NCBI GenBank assembly: GCA_038087875.1
Contig: JAXLNO010000630.1
Location: 186,001 to 250,000, forward strand
DNA from: Malacoraja senta
Lineage: Eukaryota
Direction of reading: 5' to 3'
Length of the DNA: 64,000 nt
The position numbers were made by a program, and so were the translations under genes. Positions 11,681 to 22,937 of this stretch are shown here, piece by piece. Position 1 is the stretch's first letter, and each line of letters opens with the position of its first letter. The notes under the pieces are model-generated. The model was not told the DNA's origin. It was given only the letters and a program-made list of their open reading frames with translations, and ran no database searches.

Positions 11681-12774
11681 AGCTGTTCTTACCTGGTATG
11701 TGCAAACTTCGGGGCAATTCCAGACAAATAACTGTCATATCTAATTCAGTTTGCACAAATTCCGAATTGTAGATAAGAAGTTTGTTTTGCCAGCATATTT
11801 ACAGTTCCAATTAAGCAAAAAAAGAATAATAATAATGCTTTGAATGGTCAAAGCAAATGTTAATGTTTCTCCTTCCACAGATGCTGCCTGACCTGCTGAG
11901 AGAGTTTCCAGCATTTTGTTTCGGGTTTTGCAGCATCTGCACGTTTGGTTTCCCCAAGGGGCTTTCGCCTGTATTTATACCCTTGACATCTGCCAAACTT
12001 GACCATGAGTTCTAGAGGGATCTTCATAATTATTGGAAGTTGGTGAGTGGAGGTGGGCGACTTGTGTCGGAAGGAACTTACACCGAAAATTAACATGGAA
12101 GGCTGGAGTAACTCAGCGGGTCAAGCAGCATCTCTGGAGAAAATGGAACAGGTGACATTTCGTGTCGAGACCCTTCCTCAGGCTACTTGCTTTTTCCACA
12201 CAAAGGGTGGTTGAGGCGGGGTCTATCCCAACGTTAAAGAAACAGTTAGATAGGTACATGGATAGGACAAGTTTAGAGGGATATGGGCCAAACGCAGGCA
12301 GGTGGGATGAATGTAGTCAAGGCATGTTGCTCGGAGTGGGCAAGGTGAGCTGAAGGGCCTGTTCCCATAATGTACAACTATGATATAATAAATGTGCATA
12401 CATACTTATATAACCTCACAACGACACCTTAATATGGGCCAGAGAACAACATGGCCATTGTTCTGTTAGTAAAATGGATGAACAACACAAGAGCAATTGG
12501 AACAACACCGAGCTTCCCACCAAAACACACAGCTAGTCAATGTCTTCAGCGTCTGAGGAAGGGTCCCGTCCCGAAACGTCACCCATTCCTTCTCTCCAGA
12601 GATGCTGCCTGGTGATCTATGGTCAGTTTTGGCTGTGAGCCGAAGAGCCCAATACCATCCTGTATTACTAAGCTAAACCTAAAAGTGATGTCGTTCGAAT
12701 CAACGACTGGTCTTGGATAGTTACATTTCTAAGCAGAAGTCGTGGCACTTGTATGGTCATGGGAAAACCAGAAA

Positions 12775-12812
12775 CACACACAGACACACACAGAGAGACA
12801 CAGAGACACACA

Positions 12813-12853
<41 letters not shown>

Positions 12854-13058
12854 AGACACAGACAGAGACACAGAGGCGCACACACAGACATACACACACA
12901 GACACACACAGACACACACACAGACACACACACACACAGACAGACACACAGACACACACACAAAGACGCGCACAGAGACGCACACAGACACACACACACA
13001 CACACAGACACACAGAACACACACACACCACACAGACACACACACATCACACACACAC
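12775..13058. repeat. Complex (CA)n/(CAGA)n microsatellite; longer counterpart at about 51416-51912
   Basis: Read directly. It produces the spurious HT- and CV-rich ORFs. Confidence 0.97.
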
Positions 13059-14444
13059 CAATGTTAGCAGAAACCTGCGGAGGAGATTTTACTGCCAACT
13101 GGATGAGTTATACATGTCATTTGGCACCTGACTGTGAGAGAGAACATGTGCGTATTGAAGTGCTCGAGAGAGAAGAGATCCTGATAATCTGATTCACTTG
13201 GAAAGGCAGATTCCACATCAACCTAACCTCTGACTTTGCAGCAAAACAACAACAGAGTGCTGGAGTAACTCAGCGGGCCAGGCAGCATCTCTGGTGAACA
13301 TTGACTTATTTGCAGTTTGCATTTTTTTGCGGTTTGTTTACATAGACATTTAGCACCAAGAGGAAAGGCGGGCAGCAACTGTTTAGTCAAGAGGAGGACT
13401 AATAATATTGTGCTGTCAAGACTGAAGGAAGTACAAGCCCATGTTTAAATAAAAACGCGCTAGAATAATTCAGCGGGTCAGGCAACATCTCTGAAGACGA
13501 ATAGGCAACATTTAGGTTTGAGATGTTTAAGAAGGAACTGCAGATGCTGGAAAATCGACGATAGACAAAATTGCTGGAGAAACTCAGCGGGTGCGGCAGC
13601 ATCTATGGAGCGAAGGAAATAGGCAATGTTTTTTAGCTGAAACCCTTCTTCTGACTCCACTTCTTCAGGCCTGTTCATAAAGTATAGGAGCAGAATTAGG
13701 CCATGCGGCCCATCAAGTCTACTCCACCATTCAATCATGGCTGATCTATCTCTCCCTCTCAATCCCATTCTCCCTCCTTCTCCCCACAACACCCATACTA
13801 ATCAAGAATCTGTCAATCACTGCCTTTAAAATGTACGTTGGAGTATAAATTAATTTTGAAGCCAGGAACTGCAAATTCTGGTTTACAAAACAAAAGACAC
13901 AAAGTGCTGGAGTAACTCAGCAGGCCAGTTAGCACTCCTGGAGAACATGGAGGTCACGTTTCGAGTCGAGACCAGAAATATGTTGCATTGGTTTTTATCT
14001 GGTAAAACTCAGATTCTAAATGAACATCCACAAGTCTAGGTGTACCTTGAAAATAGCTCCATTCTCAGTTGAAAAAGGAACAGCATTCCAGTAAAGTTAA
14101 GATAATCTGGAAATGCTGGCACGTGAAGTTTAAAGACAGACTTGGAACCAAAGACAGCTAATAGTGGATTAAATGAGAGGCAATAAGTGTAATTTGCCAT
14201 TAATCTTATGGAAATCCATTACTATGCCCATGCCAAAAGTTTTCAAAGCAAAAAGAAAATAAAACTAATTAACTGCGTTCTATTGGTTTTTTCCCCCAAT
14301 ATGCTCATAACCGGTTTTACTTGTTTACTTGTGATTGTGTTATTAATTTGGTGTTCTGGCCATTTAGCTGCTGTAGTATCAACTTCAACACAAGTCGTGG
14401 CACAGTGGCTCTGCAGTAGAGTTGCTGGAGGGAATGGATTACAG

Positions 14445-14555
14445 AGGTCACGGGGAGAACGTTCAAACTCCACACAGACAGCACCCATAGTCAGGATCGA
14501 ACCCGGGTCTCTTGCGCTGTAAGGCAGCAACTCTACCGCTGTGCCATCATGCTAC
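14445..14555 (-). mobile_element. tRNA-derived V-SINE (HE1-like) 5' fragment; copy at about 52550-52660
   Basis: Minus strand has the tRNA-like head tggcacagcggtagagttgctgccttacagcgc...ccgggttcgatcc followed by the core gtgtggagtttgaacgttctccccgtgacc. Confidence 0.7.
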
Positions 14556-15199
14556 CCATTTAAAGGCTTCTTAAACACCACTTATCTGCCTTCACCACAA
14601 TCTCTAGCAGTGTGTTCTAGGCACACACAACCTTGTGTATAAAAAAAACTTGCTCTGAACATCTTTAGATTATGCCCTTCTCTCCTTAAAGCTACGTCCT
14701 GTGGTCTTTGACATTTCCACAGTGAGAAAACTGTTGGCTGAAATATTTTGGTTCAAAAGGTGACAGTGATTTCTTGCTAATGCGATAGATATCAGATTGT
14801 ACTTTTACACACTTCCAGGATCAAACAGTGCAGGACAAGAACAGGCCCTTCGGCCCACAATGTCCATGCCAAACTGTTATATTATGTATATTTTCCAAAC
14901 AATATTTAATATATTGAGCCTAATGTACAGCAGGATTACCACTGAACTGTATGCAGAAGTAGAATTTCACTCTACTTGGGAACACATGACAATAAAGTCC
15001 CATTGAATGTGGGATTCTAAACAGGCTCCTGGTCTGCATTCTGAAATTCAGTTTAATGAGATATTCTCCCATCAGGTCTCAGGAGCTCACCCACGAGAAC
15101 AAGATATACCAATACTTAAAACAAATTTGAACATGCTTCATGTCAAATGCAAGTTTACTGCATCCCACAACAGTTAGACAAGGAGACATTATAAAAGAC

Positions 15200-15520
15200 A
15201 AGTGCTGGAGTAACTCAGCGGGTCAGGCAACATCTCTGCAGAACATGGATAGGTGACGTTTCACAGAGTGCTGGAGTAACTCAGCGGGTCAGGCAGCATC
15301 TCTGTAGAACATGGATAGGTGACATTTCACAGCGTGCTGGAGTAACTCAGCGGGTCAGGCAGCAACTCTGGAGAACATGGATAGTAAACATTTTGGATTG
15401 AGACCCTTCCTCAGATCAGACCTGAAACATCACTGAATCATGTGCCCCAGAGAAGCTGCTTGACCAGTTACTCCAGCATTTTGTGTCTTTTCATTGTACA
15501 CCAACATCTGCTGCTCCTCG
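15200..15520. repeat. Three tandem ~66-bp pLTR-derived units followed by an inverted unit; copy at about 53305-53625
   Basis: gtgctggagtaactcagcgggtcaggca.catctctg.agaacatggataggtgac.tttcacag occurs three times (third unit shorter), then an inverted gttactccagcattttgtgtc. Confidence 0.75.
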
Positions 15521-15857
15521 TTTGTCGGCAATTCGAGAATATGCACTCCATGATTCAAATTTGCATTCAAATACCGCATGTATCGTAGAGTTTCACCTCA
15601 ACACTGACAGCTAAAGGTTGACCAGGTCAGAATCAAGATCTAGATTCAGAAATAACACTTTCAACATCATTTAGCTTCAGAGTCAAATCAGATAAGGAAA
15701 CCTCACAACTACATACGTAGACTTGTGGGCATTGGTTTTGTCTTTTTGCACTATTATTTAGTGTGGGTGTATGTGTGATACACACATATACAATGCACAC
15801 ACATATATATACATATACATATACATACTTACATATACACATACATACATACATATA

Positions 15858-16538
15858 TCTATATAACTAAAAGTCTCATCATGACCATTTCCTGTTTGCA
15901 CTGCATATTGATTTTAGAAAAAACGCTACCACTTATGGCTGTGATTGTTGGCCATCTTACTCAGATTCCCCCTCGGCTGCGCAGGACAAGAAGATTTTTC
16001 CCATCGATGAAAAATAAAAGAGTTATTAGTGTTTTAAAAATGTTGAGATTCTCTCTCCTGTCAATAACCACCATGAAGGCCTTGCCCCTTCTGGTGGGAG
16101 GGGGGAGGGACTATAAAACCCGGAAGTGTGGGCATGGCTCAGTCTCTACAAGATGGGGAAGGGAGAGGTCACCTTGGTGGCCTTGCACCCTGCTTGAAAT
16201 GGTAGGAAACTGCTTTTGAATTTGGTAGTCTTGCAAGTAATTTCAAGTAATAACCGTGAATCAACTGCCGGCCCCCCAGCCGTAAGTGAGGGAGCTGCCA
16301 GCACACCAGGCTTGAGTGAATGAGCTGCCAGCCCAAGAATCAATTCGGCCCACAATGTCCATACTAGCCCTCTGAAAACCAGACCCTTCGGCCCACAACA
16401 TCTATATTAGTGCTCCAGAAAGCCCTCCCGCCCTCCCACTGGCCACCAATATTGGAATTGGTGGAGAGGTGGAATATTGCGTTGGGGGACCAGCCCTTCT
16501 GTGTGAACATGGGACCCAATGGGTCCCACTTACTCTAG
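15858..16538 (+). mobile_element. Non-autonomous Helitron-like element; copy at 53959-54691
   Basis: 5' end A|TCTATATAACTAAAAG. Subterminal hairpin tgggaccca-a-tgggtccca at 16510-16528. 3' end CTAG|T at 16535-16539. No TSD. Confidence 0.78.
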
Positions 16539-16568
16539 TACTAGACTATCTAGTATCTAAATCAAGTA

Positions 16569-17567
16569 TCTATATTACTAAAAGTCTGATCTTGACCACT
16601 TCCTGTTCTGTATATTGATTTTAGATAAAAATGCTGTCACTTACGGCTGTGAATTTTGGCCATCTTATTCAGAGTCCCCTTCCGCTGCGCAGGACAAGAT
16701 GATTTTTCCTATCGATGAAAAATAAAAGAGTTATTAGTGTTTAAAAAATGTTGAGATTCTCTCTCCTGAAGGCCGCGCCCCTTCCGGAGGGACTATAAAA
16801 CCAGGAAGTGTTGAGCGCCTCAGTCATTCTCTGCAAGATGGGGGAGCAAGAGGGTCACGTCTCTCAGTCTGAGCTGTGAATAACACTGAACACATGTCTA
16901 CTAACCTGTGAGTGGTTTTACTGACCTGTCAGTGCCCTTGATATGGTTTGAAAATATAGTTTGGAAATGCTAAAGCTGTGTTGCCTTTGGTTTGGAAATG
17001 CTAAAGTTGTGTTGCCTTTGGTTTGGTAATGCTAAAGCTGTGTTGCCTTTGGTTTGGAAATGCAAAAGCTGTGCAGCCTATTTAAAGTTGTCTTGCCTAA
17101 TTAAAGTTGCCTTGCCTAATTAAAGTTGCCTTGCCTTCTATATAATTAAAAGTCTAATCTTGACCACTTCCTGTTTGCGCTTTATATTGATTTTAGAAAC
17201 AACGCTACCACGTATGGCTGTGATTTTTGGCGATCTTACTCAGAGTCCCCCTCCGCTCATCAGGTGCCGAGGATTTCTCCCATCGATGAAAAATAAAAGA
17301 GTTATTAGTGTTTAAAAAATGATGAGATTCTCTCTCATGTAAATCACGCCATGAAGGCCATGCCCTTTCTGGTGGGTGGGGGGGGACTATAAAACCCAGA
17401 AGTGTGGGCATGGCTCAGTCTCTGCAAGATGGAGGAGGGAGAGGTCACTAGCGCTCCAGGAAGCCCCCCCCCCCACCCCCCACTGGCCACCAATATTGGA
17501 ATTGGTGGAGAGGTGGAATATTGTATTGGGGGACCAGCCCTCCCGTGTGAACATGGGACCCATGGGT
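16569..17567 (+). mobile_element. Second related Helitron-like element with two 5' modules and a truncated 3' end; copy at 54722-55723
   Basis: 5' modules TCTATATTACTAAAAGTCT at 16569 and TCTATATAATTAAAAGTCT at 17137. Internal ~31-bp and ~19-bp tandem repeats. The hairpin is cut at gggacccatgggt and there is no CTAG. Confidence 0.68.
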
Positions 17568-18004
17568 GAAGAAGTTTTATCTCATCTCAGACTTAACACA
17601 CATACATACACACACTGATCTTTTTTTCCCCTCTTTTGGCCTCCTCCTGCACCTATTTTCTATGTTTCTATGTTTCTTTTGTCATATTGTTTACAGTGTA
17701 CTATGTTTACATATTCTGTTGTACTGCTGCAAGTAAGAATCTCATTGTCCTATCCAGGACATATGACAATAAAAAACTTCTAACTTTCTTAGTGACAAGC
17801 AGCTGACCACCAATAAACCTCAGACCATTTATAAAATGTTAAAAGCTAGAATATGCCATGCCATGATTAAAACGTACACAAAATCTATTCAATTTTAAAT
17901 GGTGGCACTGTTTATGCATAGTGTTAAAAAAATGTCCAAGTGCATTGTTAATTTCAATAATTATAGATAATGTCACGTTAAAGTATTTAAAAGACACATC
18001 TCCA

Positions 18005-18565
18005 GTCAGATCGGAGCGTGGAGAGCTGCGGTGACGCGCGGCTGTGACCCGACCCCGGAGATTCGGAGGCTCCAGCCGCAGGTCTGGTGGACGGTGACAT
18101 CAGGAGCTCGCGGGTCCCTGGTGGGAGACTGCTTTTCGGGGCTCCCGCAACGGTAACTTCTCCCGCCCGAGTTGCGGGGTTGAAGATGACCTCGAGCTGG
18201 GTCTAACATCGCCCTGCGCTGCTTTAATGGCCGCGGGACTTGCTCGCGCTACCGGGGGCTCCATCATCCAGACACGGAGGGCGGCCTTCCATCGCCCGGC
18301 GCGGCTTTAATGGCCGTGGGACTTATTTTCCATCGCCCGCCGGGGGCTCTGACTCTGACATCGGGAGGAGAATGGGGAGTGCAGGGGAGAGATAAGACTT
18401 TGCCTTCCATCACAGCGAGGAGGAGATTCGCTGTGATGGATGTTTGTGTAAATTGTGTTGTGTCTTGGTTCTTTTTACTTGTTTGTATGACTGCAGAAAC
18501 CAAATTTCGTTTGAACTTCATTTGAGGTTCAAATGACAATAAATGGTATTGTATTGTATTGTATG
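18005..18565 (+). mobile_element. GC-rich SINE-like repeat with a LINE-type 3' tail; copy at about 56160-56705
   Basis: CpG-rich body with internal repeats (catcgcccggcgcggctttaatggccg). Ends in aatgacaataaatgg(tattg)n. Family not identified. Confidence 0.45.
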
Positions 18566-19049
18566 TATTCACCAACATAGGGAAATAAGACCATATTTTG
18601 CATTTGCCTCACAGACAAGTCGGAAGCAAGCAGAGTTGATTTTGAGAAAGTCATTTTACAGATACAGACAGGTCTGGATCCAGCAGATAGCCCAGACTCC
18701 TTGTTCAAAGCAATCTCTCCCTGGTAAACCAATGCTCCACGGAGCTTGGTCCTGGAATATGACAGGCAACGAAGTTCCAGATGAAATTCTCTTTTCCGAT
18801 ATTGACTGGTAGCTGTTCAGGGACGATTGACGGAAGTAAACTGCTGAGCTGGTTTAATCTGCACTGTGCTCCCACACAGACTGTGTGACTCCCACTTTGA
18901 AGAGCGTGGGGAAAACAAAACGCAACTCCGCAGTGCCATAAAGCTACTTCATATTTTGAACAGCCTTCACTGTGATTTGACACATGTAGATCAGTGTCAC
19001 TCATGTTATGAGTCATACTTTGTAGTTACGCCCACTAGCTTTACAGTAA

Positions 19050-19336
19050 TGGGCCTGTCCCACTATACAAGTTTACCCAAGAGCTCTCCCGAGTTCTAAA
19101 AAAAACCTTGTGGTAAGTACGTAGAATGTACATAGCAGGTACGTCGGAGCTCGGGACGTCTCTTAACGGCTCGTGTCGCTAACGGCAGGTAAGCTCTTGA
19201 AGTTTTTACAACTGTGTGAAAAATGTCCACGAGAGCTCCGAGTACCTATGAACGGCTATTACCGTAATTCTCTGAGTTCGAATCAGGGGAAACTCGGGAG
19301 AACTCTTGCATTACCTCGTACAGTGGGACAGGCACT
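19050..19336. mobile_element. PIF/Harbinger-like MITE; copy at 57191-57477
   Basis: TIRs tgggcctgtcccact / agtgggacaggcact, flanked by TAA on both sides. Confidence 0.78.
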
Positions 19337-19464
19337 TAACCCTCCCTGCCTGGTTCCCAAATTATTGGACCAACATGCTGGCATGAAGTTACCGAATCTG
19401 TAAAGGTAATAAAGTCTTTGGACCTTTATCACTGTGTATGGCTTCAGTTATTTGAACAGCAACA

Positions 19465-20075
19465 TCAAGATTCAAGAGAGTTTATTGTCATGTGTCCCTG
19501 ATAGGACAATTAAATTCTCGCTTTGCTTCAGCACAACAGAACATAGTAGGCATGAATACAGAACAGATCACTGTGTCCATATACCATTATATAAATATAT
19601 ACACACATTAATAAATAAACTGATGAAGTGCAAATAAACAGATAATGGGCTATTAATGTTCAGAGTATTGTCCGAGCCAAATTTAATAGCCTGATGGCTG
19701 TGGGGAAGTAGCTATTCCTGAACCTGGTCATTGCAGACTTCAGGCTCCTGTACCTTCCACCTGAAGGTAGCGGTGAGATGAGTGTGTGGCCAGGATGGTG
19801 TGGGTCCTTGATGTTGCTGCCAGCCTTTTTGAGGCAGCGACTGCGATAGATCCTCTCGATGGAAGAGAGGTCAGAGCCGATGATGGACTGGGCAGTGTTT
19901 ACTACTTTTTGTAGTCTTTTCCAGGGCGCTCAAATTGCCGAACCAAGCCACAATGCAACCGGAAAGCATGCTCTCTACTGTGCACCTGTAGAAGTTAGAG
20001 AGTCCTCCTTGACATACCGACTCTCCGTAATCTTCTCAGGAAGTAGAGGCACTGATGTGCTTTCTTAATAATTGC
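19465..20075 (-). mobile_element. Rex1/Babar-type LINE 3' fragment; copy at about 57606-58222
   Basis: Minus strand encodes IIKKAHQCLYFLRRLRR..FYRCTVES..KDPHHPGHTLISPLPSGGRY..RFRNSYFPTAIRLLN, followed by a tgacaataaa tail. Confidence 0.75.
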
Positions 20076-20079
20076 ATCA

Positions 20080-20548
20080 TGGTGTCAGAGTATACTAACA
20101 TGGTGTCAGAGTATATAAAACTCACTCATTGTTTAATTTGATGGTTTTTATTTTAGTTTATTTTTTTAAACTGTATTGCAATGGCTTCTGCTCTCAGACA
20201 ACCAGAGATCCTGGTATTTGATGAGGATCTCGCAGAATGATGGCGAGTATTTGAAGAAGATTTCTCAATTTACATTGAAGCAGCACACCCTACTGCTGAT
20301 CCTGGTGTTCAAGCGTCAATCCTTCTTAATTTGGCAGGCACAGAAGCTGCTCGTCGTACCAGACAATTTCACTATGAACCAGCTAGACATGACCAGGCTG
20401 GTGTCCAGATTGCTCCTGCTGAATCCATTCGAGACCCTGACTGCCTATTGCGCAAATTTCCGACAATTATGTGAGTTACGTACCAATTTAGTGATTGAGC
20501 GGCATCTGTTTTTTTCACATAGCCAGAGACACGGAGAACCTGTGCTGT
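20080..20548 (+). mobile_element. Gypsy-type LTR retrotransposon remnant: PBS-like site plus disrupted gag N-terminus; copy at about 58228-58696
   Basis: ca|TGGTGTCAGAG occurs at 20080 and 20101. From the ATG at 20181: MASALRQPEILVFDEDLAE*WRVFEEDFSIYI..SILLNLAG.. then, after a frameshift, NLVIERHLFFSHSQRHGEPV. Confidence 0.65.
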
Positions 20549-20550
20549 TG

Positions 20551-21520
20551 TAGAAACATAGAAACATAGAAAATAGGTGCAGGAGGAGGGCATTCGGCCC
20601 ATTGAGCCAGCACCGCCATTCATTGTGATCATGGCTGATCATCCCCAATCAATAACCCGTGCCTGCCTTCTCCCCATATCTCCTGATTCCACTTGCCCCT
20701 GGAGTTCTATCTAACTCTCTCTTAAATCCATCTAGTGATTTGGCCTCCACTACCCTCTGTGGCAGGGAATTCCATAAATTCACAACTCTCTGGGTGAAAA
20801 CATTTTTTCTCACCTCAGTCTTAAATGGCCTCCCCTGTATTCTAAGTCTGTGGCTCCTGGTTCTGGACTCACCGAACATTGGGAACATGTTTCCTGCCTC
20901 GAGCTTGTCCAGTCCTTTTATAATTTTAAATGTTTCTATAAGCTACCCCCTCATCCTTCTAAACTCCAGTGAATACAAGCCTAGTCCTTTCAATCTTTCC
21001 TCACATGACTGTCCCGCCATCCCAGGGATCAATCTCGAGAACCTACACTGCACTGCCTCAATCACAAGGATGTCCTTCCTCAAATTAGGAGACCAAAACT
21101 GTACACAATACTCCAGATGTGGTCTCACCAGAGCCCAATACAACTGCAGAAGAACCTCTTTACTCCTATACTGAAATCCTCTTGTTATGAAGGCCAACAT
21201 TCCATTAGCTTTCTTCACTGCCTGCTGTACCCGCACACCAACTTTCAGTGACCGGTGTACAAGGACACCCACGTCTCGCTGTACCTCCCCCTTACCTAAC
21301 CTAACCCCATTGAGATATTAATCTGCCACCTTGATTTTACCACCAAAGTGGATAACCTCACATTTATCTATATTATACTACATCTGCGACGCATCCGCCC
21401 ACTCACTCAACCTGTCCAGGTCACCCTGCAACCTCCTAACACCCTCTTCACCATTCACACTGCCACCCAGCTTTGTGTCATCTTCAAACCTGCTAGTGTT
21501 GCTCCTAATTCCCTCTTCCA
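20551..21520 (-). mobile_element. CR1 LINE 3' portion; its copy at about 58698-63930 is split by the L2 and MITE insertions
   Basis: Encodes LYWALVRPHLEYCVQFWSP and FTQRVVNLWNSLP. The octamer tail reads (tagaaaca)n on the plus strand. Confidence 0.88.
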
Positions 21521-21715
21521 AATATATATGAATAAGGCCGCCTTTTATCCCGGAGAATTTCCCAAGAGCGCTGGAGCTAAATAAAACCGATTTTATATCG
21601 CAAAGTTACTCACGGACCTCAAGACGAACATTGCTGAATTACTTTAAAATGCAGCTGATCAGCACAACCCTGATGTCAAAGAAAATGGAGGTTGTTTTTT
21701 CAAAGTAAAATTTAC

Positions 21716-21794
21716 ATTAATGTGGTTGACATGTTCGTTTGTAAGCCGAACGGCCAAATTTGGGATGCCTGCCTTTCTGTCGTCAAAAAGTGGC
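21716..21794 (-). pseudogene. mx: Mx (myxovirus resistance GTPase) 79-bp exon
   Basis: AG/GT-bounded 79-bp exon encoding PLFDDRKAGIPNLAVRLTNEHVNHIN. It resembles the Mx exon DLLEEGKATVPCLAEKLTSELITHIC (human sequence from memory), and its phase fits the upstream exon. Confidence 0.82.
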
Positions 21795-21934
21795 CTAGTT
21801 ATTAAAATTGTGAAAAAAAAGAATAACTTGGTCAAGGTTGAAACATTGCGAGATATTGGCAAAATAACAATCAAACAATTTTACATTGCTTGCAGATGGA
21901 AACCAAAACTCTGTTGATACAAAGTGAACTTCCA

Positions 21935-22325
21935 AGGACGGCACTGTGGCACAGCGATAGAGTTGCTGCCTTGCAGCGCCAGAGACCTGACGGGCGTCAG
22001 GGATTATGGGGAACAAGCAGGAGAATCGGGTTAGAAGAAAGAGATAGATCAGCCATGGTTGATTGGCGGAGTAGACTTGATGGGCCGAATGGCCCAAATT
22101 CTGCTCCTATCATTTATGACCTTATGAGACCCAGGTTAGATCCCGACTACGGGTGCTTTTCTGCACGGAGTTTGTACGTTCTCCCCGTGACCTTCAATGG
22201 TTTCCTCCCACACTCCAAAGATTGTCCCTAGTGTGTGTAGGACAGTGTTAACATGCAGGGATCGCTGGTCAGTGCAGACACGGTGGGCCGAAGGGCCTTT
22301 TTCCTCGCTGTATCTCTTAACTAAA
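21935..22325 (+). mobile_element. V-SINE in the Mx intron, interrupted by a short CR1 3' piece
   Basis: tRNA-like head, the V-core ggagtttgtacgttctccccgtgacc and the tail ctgtatctcttaactaaac. Confidence 0.7.
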
Positions 22326-22492
22326 CAATGTGAAATTTGACTCAATGGCATACATTGTCCTGGGACTGCAAGGCGACTATTTGGTGCAGCTTGATATGAA
22401 GGCCGTTTGCACATGTAACTGTTAGGTGTCTACCATCTACACAATCTGCCATCTCCACTTCACTTAATGGAAAACAAGTCTTCACCATTTAC

Positions 22493-22691
22493 CCAAATTG
22501 TTCATGGTTTTCAAAAAATGCCTTTTCCTTTGCGATTGCATCCACCAGTGATATATTTTCATTGATGTCGTTCTAGCCACTACACTTAATGATCATGTGT
22601 CCCTTCGCCAGCTCTACTGTCAGGTTCTGCACAATGTCAACTACGTTCTTCTCTGTTCCTTTATCCACCAGGTCAAGTTTGGTCAAAATAC
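22493..22691 (-). pseudogene. mx: Mx GTPase 199-bp exon (G4 region) with an in-frame stop
   Basis: tttgaag|GT ATT TTG ACC ... TTT GG|gtaaat. Translates [68 protein letters not shown] at 22573-22575 replaces the Q of KCRGQ. Confidence 0.92.
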
Positions 22692-22937
22692 CTTCAAATT
22701 TAAAAGTAAAAAGGGAAAGATTATGGAATTAATTTGTTGCCACTGATTAGTGGTTGTGGTGCCCGAAATATTGAAAATAATAAGGAAGATGGTATGGAAC
22801 TATAATTGTCACATGTACCGAGGTACAGTTAAGTTCATTTTTATATCCAATTCAGTACAACATAAGCACTATATTAGGGCGGTACGGTGGCAAAGCGGTA
22901 GAGTTGCTGCCTTACAGCACCAAAGATCTGGGTTTGA

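Larger units (their letters stand above)
1..21592 (+). repeat. Segmental duplication, copy A (direct repeat of 47237-64000)
   Basis: Position 1 (agaatggctccttcacctcaag) recurs at 47237, and ...aaaaccgatt at 21592 recurs at 64000. The copies are colinear and highly similar apart from copy-specific insertions and deletions. The ORF track shows many paired near-identical ORFs. Confidence 0.97.

Noticed and set aside
11681..11800. Minus-strand exon ending at CAG|GTAAGA, the site duplicated by the PLE TSD
   Set aside because: It is a good donor match, but I found no clear acceptor or recognisable peptide, so it is unsupported without RNA data.
12668..13192. HT-rich and CV-rich ORFs (also 51222-52084)
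   Set aside because: They are translations of the CA/GA microsatellite.
15200..17135. CRISPR-like arrays from regularly spaced short repeats
   Set aside because: There are no unique spacers or cas genes, and the context is eukaryotic. These are tandem repeats inside TEs.
20176..20553. 125-aa ORF MQWLLLSDNQ... as a host gene conserved in both copies
   Set aside because: It is mostly an alternative frame of the frameshifted gag remnant, and the conservation simply reflects the recent duplication.
22493..22691. Classical dynamin or Drp1, because of the TKLD motif
   Set aside because: The rest of the exon ([18 protein letters not shown]...E..FF..H..F), its length and the next 79-bp exon fit Mx.
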